Source of the DNA: Auanema rhodensis
Taxonomy: Eukaryota; Animalia; Nematoda
Length of the DNA stretch: 64,000 nucleotides
Assembly: GCA_964057225.1 (NCBI GenBank)
Contig: OZ059897.1
Span: forward strand, 9,486,001-9,550,000
Direction: 5' to 3'
In this document: positions 56,127 through 64,000 of the stretch, in pieces
How the letters are laid out: the number at the start of each line of letters is the position of its first letter
How positions within the stretch are numbered: the stretch's first letter is position 1
Program-made: the position numbers and the translations under genes
The notes under the pieces: model-generated
The model's input: the letters and a program-made list of their open reading frames with translations, nothing else
The model's database searches: none
What the model was told of the DNA's origin: nothing

Positions 56127-56718
56127 AGGTAGTTTTTTTTTTAACAAAATCAAATTGTTGAAATTTTTCTTATTTTATTTTGTGCCATTTCTAATTGTAA
56201 CACTTCTTTGTTGTTGATTGATTTTCTCTGAGAAGTCTGCTATTGTTTTACAAGGTTTTGTTTTATTACTCCAACTCTCATTGAGTAGATTTTTTTTTCA
56301 ACATTCTCTTGTGAATCATGCTATTTTTTATGCTTAATCATTACTTGTATTCACCTTATGGACATTAGTCATACGGGTTAAACGAGTTTTCATTTTTTTG
56401 TACAAAACGAGCTCGACCTATTCTCAGGGTAACACCGTACCTGTACAACTCAAGAAAATGAACGACTATATCACAGTCGAATGGTTTAGAAGCAAAGCTC
56501 TCGTTTGCAAGCATTTCACTACTCAAGTGAATGAAATAGAATCTACTCGATACTACATTTCGAATTCAACAAACTTGAAGAGACAATAGCTAAACTTTCA
56601 AATCGTATTGTATACATTTTTTTTTATCCACTACACCATGATTTTTTTTTCCAACATCCAACTATCTTAAAAAGTGAATTAATTTATTTTGTTTTTGAAC
56701 GAGGACGTTCAACTTTTT

Positions 56719-56730
56719 AAGGTGGGGGGA
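56719..56730 (+). promoter_or_regulatory. Polypurine tract
   Basis: AAGGTGGGGGGA lies immediately before the TG of the 3' LTR. Confidence 0.88.
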
Positions 56731-57113
56731 TGTCACATCTGCAAGCACATGGTAAACATGTGCACGCTATTCAAATAGCGGGAGCCTGAACAAGCCCCGC
56801 CCACAACATGGGACACACATGGCACTCTTGCTTCTGGCCTAACCCAGATAGGTTGTCTTATAGCCATGTGAGTCTCATCTCTATATCATCTATATATATA
56901 TACTCTATTTAATACTTTATTAGATCTCTTTATATTCTTTCTTAATGTAATTCTTATATTGTATTTTCTTGTTATCTGATAATGAATCTTTTTCTCTTTA
57001 AGTATTTGTCTTAATAAGGAAATCGGGGCGTTCGGGTCTGCCTACCTAAGGAACAAGGTAGAAGTACATATATCTTCCGACCATGAAAAGACGGGAAGAA
57101 ACAATATGTAACG

Positions 57114-57166
57114 AGAGCACCAGACTCTTAATCTGGCTGTCGCGGGTTCGAGCCCCGCATCGGGCT
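57114..57166 (+). pseudogene. 5'-deleted tRNA-Lys (nt 21-73) abutting the 3' LTR
   Basis: AGAGCACCAGAC...ATCGGGCT, with no nt 1-20 on the other side of the element. Confidence 0.93.
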
Positions 57167-59466
57167 TTGAGTTTTACCTTTTATTTGAAATTATAACGTT
57201 TATTTTGAAAATTTATTCCTAACCTCTTTCTGATCAGATAGAATTCTGTAGATGTAACATTGTTTCAGTTCTTAGAACTCTGTTTAAGTGTTTTCAAACT
57301 TTGTATAGATAACAAGAAAAATGAAATGATAGAGATAGAACACTTCTAAGATCTTGATCCAAGGTTTTTCTGACGGACTGATCCATTAGAACCAAAGATT
57401 ACAAGAATTATTCTGATTTCACCTGCATAAAGATCCAGTAGAAAATTACCTTTTGCTCTGAACATCTAAATGATTCAATACAATATCAGAAATCACAGCC
57501 CGGTTAGCTCAGTCGGTAGAGCACCAGACTCTTAATCTGGCTGTCGCGGGTTCGAGCCCCGCATCGGGCTTTGAGTTTTACCTTTTATTTGAAATTATAA
57601 CGTTTATTTTGAAAATTTATTCCTAACCTCTTTCTGATCAGATAGATTTCTGTAGATGTAACATTGTTTCAGTTCTTAGAACTCTGTTTAAGTGTTTTCA
57701 AACTTTGTATAGATAACAAGAAAAATGAAATGATAGAGATAGAACACTTCTGAGATCTTGATCCAAGGTTTTTCTGACGGACTGATCCATTAGAACCAAA
57801 GATTACAAGAATTATTCTGATTTCATCTGCATAAAGATCCAGTAGAAAATTACCTTTTGCTCTGAACATCTAAATGATTCAATAGAATATCAGAAATCAC
57901 AGCCCGGTTAGCTCAGTCGGTAGAGCACCAGACTCTTAATCTGGCTGTCGCGGGTTCGAGCCCCGCATCGGGCTTTAAGTTTTACCTTTTATTTGAAATT
58001 ATAACGTTTATTTTGAAAATTTATTCCTAACCTCTTTCTGATCAGATAGAATTCTGTAGATGTAACATTGTTTCAGTTCTTAGAACTCTGTTTAAGTGTT
58101 TTCAAACTTTGTATAGATAACAAGAAAAATGAAATGATAGAGATAGAACACTTCTGAGATCTTGATCCAAGGTTTTTCTGACGGACTGATCCATTAGAAC
58201 CAAAGATTACAAGAATTATTCTGATTTCATCTGCATAAAGATCCAGTAGAAAATTACCTTTTGCTCTGAACATCTAAATGATTCAATACAATATCAGAAA
58301 TCACAGCCCGGTTAGCTCAGTCGGTAGAGCACCAGACTCTTAATCTGGCTGTCGCGGGTTTGAGCCCCGCATCGGGCTTTGAGTTTTACCTTTTATTTGA
58401 AATTATAACGTTTATTTTGAAAATTTATTCCTAACCTCTATCTGATCAGATAGAATTCTGTAGATGTAACATTGTTTCAGTTCTTACAACTCTGTTTAAG
58501 TGTTTTCAAACTTTGTATAGATAACAAGAAAAATGAAATGATAGAGATAGAACACTTCTGAGATCTTGATCCAAGGTTTTTCTGACGGACTGATCCATTA
58601 GAACCAAAGATTACAAGAATTATTCTGATTTCATCTGCATAAAGATCCAGTAGAAAATTACCTTTTGCTCTGAACATCTAAATGATTCAATAGAATATCA
58701 GAAATCACAGCCCGGTTAGCTCAGTCGGTAGAGCACCAGACTCTTAATCTGGCTGTCGCGGGTTCGAGCCCCGCATCGGGCTTTAAGTTTTACCTTTTAT
58801 TTGAAATTATAACGTTTATTTTGAAAATTTATTCCTAACCTCTTTCTGATCAGATAGAATTCTGTAGATGTAACATTGTTTCAGTTCTTAGAACTCTGTT
58901 TAAGTGTTTTCAAACTTTGTATAGATAACAAGAAAAATGAAATGATAGAGATAGAACACTTCTGAGATCTTGATCCAAGGTTTTTCTGACGGACTGATCC
59001 ATTAGAACCAAAGATTACAAGAATTATTCTGATTTCATCTGCATAAAGATCCAGTAGAAAATTACCTTTTGCTCTGAACATCTTGTCACATCTGCAAGCA
59101 CATGGTAAACATGTGCGCGCTATTCAAATAGCGGGAGCCTGAACAAGCCCCGCCCACAACATGGGACACACATGGCACTCTTGCTTCTGGCCTAACCCAG
59201 ATAGGTTGTCTTATAGCCATGTGAGTCTCATCTCTATATCATCTATATATATATACTCTATTTAATACTTTATTAGATCTCTTTATATTCTTTCTTAATG
59301 TAATTCTTATATTGTATTTTCTTGTTATCTGATAATGAATCTTTTTCTCTTTAAGTATTTGTCTTAATAAGGAAATCGGGGCGTTCGGGTCTGCCTACCT
59401 AAGGAACAAGGTAGAAGTACATATATCTTCCGACCATGAAAAGACGGGAAGAAACAATATGTAACG

Positions 59467-59479
59467 TGGAGGTTCCACC
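59467..59479 (+). promoter_or_regulatory. Primer-binding site (tRNA-Gln), copy 2
   Basis: TGGAGGTTCCACC after the 5' LTR. Confidence 0.85.
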
Positions 59480-60587
59480 TTGCTTACTTTACTGTTAATT
59501 TATTGACAGCAAGTTTACGAGACTTTTGGACTTAATTACCCAACAGTGAGGAGTAACCGAGCCGTGCACCATGATTTCCCCAAAAATTATTTTGGCTACC
59601 ACTTCTCCTCCGCTCAACGAAAACTGGGAGGTGTCTGAGACGTTTGGGGAAACTATCAGACAATAGTTTTGACGAGCGTTACCTTTTTGTTATGCACGCG
59701 CGTGCTATTTTGATTCATTACTTTATGATGTGAATGTCCAGTGTGGCAACAGAGCTCACTTTTTAGCTGAGTTGTTTGGAAGCTGGAGGCTGTTGGGATA
59801 ATTTTATTTACGATTTTTTGATTTTGATTCACATCCAAGGGTTCATCAGGGTTCTACTCCTGTTAACTCTTTTCTTATTAGTTCAGAGATAATAAGAATA
59901 TTTAAATTCCTACCCACCCAAGTCCACTCTACGTCTGCCAACGTTTCCTTTTTCCTATATTATTGACAGATTACTGAATTTAAATTCCTATATCAATCTT
60001 AAATTACCTTCTAAATCTTTTGAAATTAAATTAAAAATTATCTTAATTAAGATTTATTTTGAAATTCTTTCTACAAATCTTAATAAACTTTATAAAATTG
60101 AACTTAATATACGAGATGAGACATTTTTGTTTACTTTAAGCTTACTCACATTCAAATAGTTGGCCCACGCGTACCAGCTGTTCGACATGTGTAGTCAATA
60201 ACAGCTGTTAAAATTCAAAAGTTTTCAAACAGGCTTAAGGCACCATCTGTGATTCCTAATTTGTCTCTAAGCTGACATTAGTGATTATAATATTCAAATA
60301 TCACGACAGACGGTCAATGGTTGTTTACCATAAGCGCTAACATCTGGTGTCGTGACACATGGCTGGAGGCGGAGCTTGAAGCTTCAACGATCCTCCTTCA
60401 TCAGACGCCATTGTCACAAACGTTTTTACTGGAGTCTAGTTGCTTCCAGTACGCGCTCTTATATTCATCTAACTGTATTCACCAGCCACCATGTCGGACT
60501 CGGACATCAGCGAGGACAACAAAGATTAGGAACAAGGATCACCAGAGCCATACCTTTTGTATGTCACACAACAACAAAGAAGAATGA

Positions 60588-60795
60588 ACAACGGTTAATG
60601 ACTTAGTTATGATAAAAGTGAATTCTACACGAAAACAAACTAACACCTTCATTCGAAAGGCCTTATTTAGTTACAGCAGTTCAAAGATCTTTCGTCGTGG
60701 TTCAAACAGATAAAGGAAAAAGCAGAAGAGTACACAAGGACTTCGTCAAACCTTACCAACGGACAACATCTATTCCGGTTATCACAATTTCTTGA
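60588..60795 (+). pseudogene. Integrase GPY/F remnant, copy 2
   Basis: Same sequence as 55919-56126, offset by 4669 bp. Confidence 0.75.
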
Positions 60796-61388
60796 AGGTA
60801 GTTTTTTTTTTAACAAAATCAAATTGTTGAAATTTTTCTTATTTTATTTTGTGCCATTTCTAATTGTAACACTTCTTTGTTGTTGATTGATTTTCTCTGA
60901 GAAGTCTGCTATTGTTTTACAAGGTTTTGTTTTATTACTCCAACTCTCATTGAGTAGATTTTTTTTTCAACATTCTCTTGTGAATCATGCTATTTTTTAT
61001 GCTTAATCATTACTTGTATTCACCTTATGGACATTAGTCATACGGGTTAAACGAGTTTTCATTTTTTTGTACAAAACGAGCTCGACCTATTCTCAGGGTA
61101 ACACCGTACCTGTACAACTCAAGAAAATGAACGACTATATCACAGTCGAATGGTTTAGAAGCAAAGCTCTCGTTTGCAAGCATTTCACTACTCAAGTGAA
61201 TGAAATAGAATCTACTCGATACTACATTTCGAATTCAACAAACTTGAAGAGACAATAGCTAAACTTTCAAATCGTATTGTATACATTTTTTTTTTATCCA
61301 CTACACCATGATTTTTTTTTCCAACATCCAACTATCTTGAAAAGTGAATTAATTTATTTTGTTTTTGAACGAGGACGTTCAACTTTTT

Positions 61389-61400
61389 AAGGTGGGGGGA
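61389..61400 (+). promoter_or_regulatory. Polypurine tract, copy 2
   Basis: AAGGTGGGGGGA before the 3' LTR. Confidence 0.88.
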
Positions 61401-64000
61401 TGTCACATCTGCAAGCACATGGTAAACATGTGCGCGCAATTCAAATAGCGGGAGCCTGAACAAGCCCCGCCCACAACATGGGACACACATGGCACTCTTG
61501 CTTCTGGCCTAACCCAGATAGGTTGTCTTATAGCCATGTGAGTCTCATCTCTATATCATCTATATATATATACTCTATTTAATACTTTATTAGATCTCTT
61601 TATATTCTTTCTTAATGTAATTCTTATATTGTATTTTCTTGTTATCTGATAATGAATCTTTTTCTCTTTAAGTATTTGTCTTAATAAGGAAATCGGGGCG
61701 TTCGGGTCTGCCTACCTAAGGAACAAGGTAGAAGTACATATATCTTCCGACCATGAAAAGACGGGAAGAAACAATATGTAACGATCTAAATGATTCAATA
61801 GAATATCAGAAATCACAGCCCGGTTAGCTCAGTCGGTAGAGCACCAGACTCTTAATCTGGCTGTCGCGGGTTCGAGCCCCGCATCGGGCTTTGAGTTTTA
61901 CCTTTTATTTGAAATTATAACGTTTATTTTGAAAATTTATTCCTAACCTCTTTCTGATCAGATAGAATTCTGTAGATGTAACATTGTTTCAGTTCTTAGA
62001 ACTCTGTTTAAGTGTTTTCAAACTTTGTATAGATAACAAGAAAAATGAAATGATAGAGATAGAACACTTCTAAGATCTTGATCCAAGGTTTTTCTGACGG
62101 ACTGATCCATTAGAACCAAAGATTACAAGAATTATTCTGATTTCACCTGCATAAAGATCCAGTAGAAAATTACCTTTTGCTCTGAACATCTAAATGATTC
62201 AATACAATATCAGAAATCACAGCCCGGTTAGCTCAGTCGGTAGAGCACCAGACTCTTAATCTGGCTGTCGCGGGTTCGAGCCCCGCATCGGGCTTTGAGT
62301 TTTACCTTTTATTTGAAATTATAACGTTTATTTTGAAAATTTATTCCTAACCTCTTTCTGATCAGATAGATTTCTGTAGATGTAACATTGTTTCAGTTCT
62401 TAGAACTCTGTTTAAGTGTTTTCAAACTTTTGTATAGATAACAAGAAAAATGAAATGATAGAGATAGAACACTTCTGAGATCTTGATCCAAGGTTTTTCT
62501 GACGGACTGATCCATTAGAACCAAAGATTACAAGAATTATTCTGATTTCATCTGCATAAAGATCCAGTAGAAAATTACCTTTTGCTCTGAACATCTAAAT
62601 GATTCAATAGAATATCAGAAATCACAGCCCGGTTAGCTCAGTCGGTAGAGCACCAGACTCTTAATCTGGCTGTCGCGGGTTCGAGCCCCGCATCGGGCTT
62701 TGAGTTTTACCTTTTATTTGAAATTATAACGTTTATTTTGAAAATTTATTCCTAACCTCTTTCTGATCAGATAGATTTCTGTAGATGTAACATTGTTTCA
62801 GTTCTTAGAACTCTGTTTAAGTGTTTTCAAACTTTGTATAGATAACAAGAAAAATGAAATGATAGAGATAGAACACTTCTGAGATCTTGATCCAAGGTTT
62901 TTCTGACGGACTGATCCATTAGAACCAAAGATTACAAGAATTATTCTGATTTCATCTGCATAAAGATCCAGTAGAAAATTACCTTTTGCTCTGAACATCT
63001 AAATGATTCAATAGAATATCAGAAATCACAGCCCGGTTAGCTCAGTCGGTAGAGCACCAGACTCTTAATCTGGCTGTCGCGGGTTCGAGCCCCGCATCGG
63101 GCTTTGAGTTTTACCTTTTATTTGAAATTATAACGTTTATTTTGAAAATTTATTCCTAACCTCTTTCTGATCAGATAGAATTCTGTAGATGTAACATTGT
63201 TCCAGTTCTGAGAACTCTGTTTAAGTGTTTTCAAACTTTGTATAGATAACAAGAAAAATGAAATGATAGAGATAGAACACTTCTAAGATCTTGATCCAAG
63301 GTTTTTCTGACGGACTGATCCATTAGAACCAAAGATTACAAGAATTATTCTGATTTCACCTGCATAAAGATCCAGTAGAAAATTACCTTTTGCTCTGAAC
63401 ATCTAAATGATTCAATACAATATCAGAAATCACAGCCCGGTTAGCTCAGTCGGTAGAGCACCAGACTCTTAATCTGGCTGTCGCGGGTTCGAGCCCCGCA
63501 TCGGGCTTTAAGTTTTACCTTTTATTTGAAATTATAACGTTTATTTTGAAAATTTATTCCTAACCTCTTTCTGATCAGATAGAATTCTGTAGATGTAACA
63601 TTGTTTCAGTTCTTAGAACTCTGTTTAAGTGTTTTCAAACTTTGTATAGATAACAAGAAAAATGAAATGATAGAGATAGAACACTTCTGAGATCTTGATC
63701 CAAGGTTTTTCTGACGGACTGATCCATTTGAACCAAAGATTACAAGAATTATTCTGATTTCATCTGCATAAAGATCCAGTAGAAAATTACCTTTTGCTCT
63801 GAACATCTAAATGATTCAATACAATATCAGAAATCACAGCCCGGTTAGCTCAGTCGGTAGAGCACCAGACTCTTAATCTGGCTGTCGCGGGTTCGAGCCC
63901 CGCATCGGGCTTTAAGTTTTACCTTTTATTTGAAATTATAACGTTTATTTTGAAAATTTATTCCTAACCTCTTTCTGATCAGATAGATTTCTGTAGATGT

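Larger units (their letters stand above)
54415..57113 (+). mobile_element. Non-autonomous LTR retrotransposon copy 1 (2699 bp; LTRs 54415-54797 and 56731-57113), recombinant with mismatched flanks ATCT / AGAG
   Basis: Direct 383-bp LTRs (one difference seen, G>A at 56764), PBS, PPT and no long ORF. The left flank is the spacer site and the right flank is the D-arm site. Confidence 0.95.
59084..61783 (+). mobile_element. Non-autonomous LTR retrotransposon copy 2 (2700 bp; LTRs 59084-59466 and 61401-61783), intact 4-bp TSD ATCT, 30 bp upstream of a tRNA gene
   Basis: GAAC-ATCT|TGTCACA...TGTAACG|ATCT-AAATG. The LTRs differ at one seen position (61438). Confidence 0.96.
50826..63911 (+). tRNA. 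tRNA-Lys-CTT: 17 further full-length tRNA-Lys(CTT) genes interspersed with LTR insertions (starts 50826-52442 x5, 53637, 54041, 57498-58710 x4, 61818-63839 x6)
   Basis: Same gene. The copy at 51634 has G69C and the copy at 58306 has C56T. Confidence 0.93.
1..64000 (+). repeat. Tandem array of a 404-bp unit (tRNA-Lys(CTT) gene plus 331-bp AT-rich spacer), extending past both window edges; interrupted by 135-bp deletion units and LTR insertions
   Basis: Exact 404-bp periodicity (tRNA starts at 340, 744, 1148 and so on; the ORF track repeats every 404 bp). Units differ only at a few spacer SNPs. Confidence 0.99.

Noticed and set aside
56398-56589. 63-aa ORF with YITVEW as a possible chromodomain after the integrase remnant
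   Set aside because: The resemblance is limited to a few residues and other chromodomain positions are not evident; an HMM search would be needed.

Overview
The window is a eukaryotic head-to-tail tandem array of a 404-bp unit. Each unit holds one intronless tRNA-Lys(CTT) gene (73 nt, + strand) and a 331-bp AT-rich spacer. From recall, the tRNA resembles the nematode (C. elegans-like) Lys-CTT gene, so the taxon is an inference. By coordinate arithmetic I count about 138 full-length tRNA genes, 6 3'-truncated copies in 135-bp deletion units (clusters of 1, 2 and 3), 2 copies split by a solo LTR and 1 copy lacking its 5' end. The last 14 kb is invaded by one very young non-autonomous Ty3/gypsy-type LTR element. 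It has 383-bp LTRs ending TG...CG rather than TG...CA, 4-bp TSDs, a tRNA-Gln PBS, a PPT and a decayed integrase GPY/F remnant. It occupies two distinct integration sites about 50 bp apart at the Pol III start region: 30 bp upstream of the tRNA, and inside the D-arm. It occurs as two solo LTRs, one intact 2.7-kb copy and one recombinant 2.7-kb copy with mismatched flanks. The repeated 66-aa ORF is an artefact of the repeat, and no protein-coding gene is supported.
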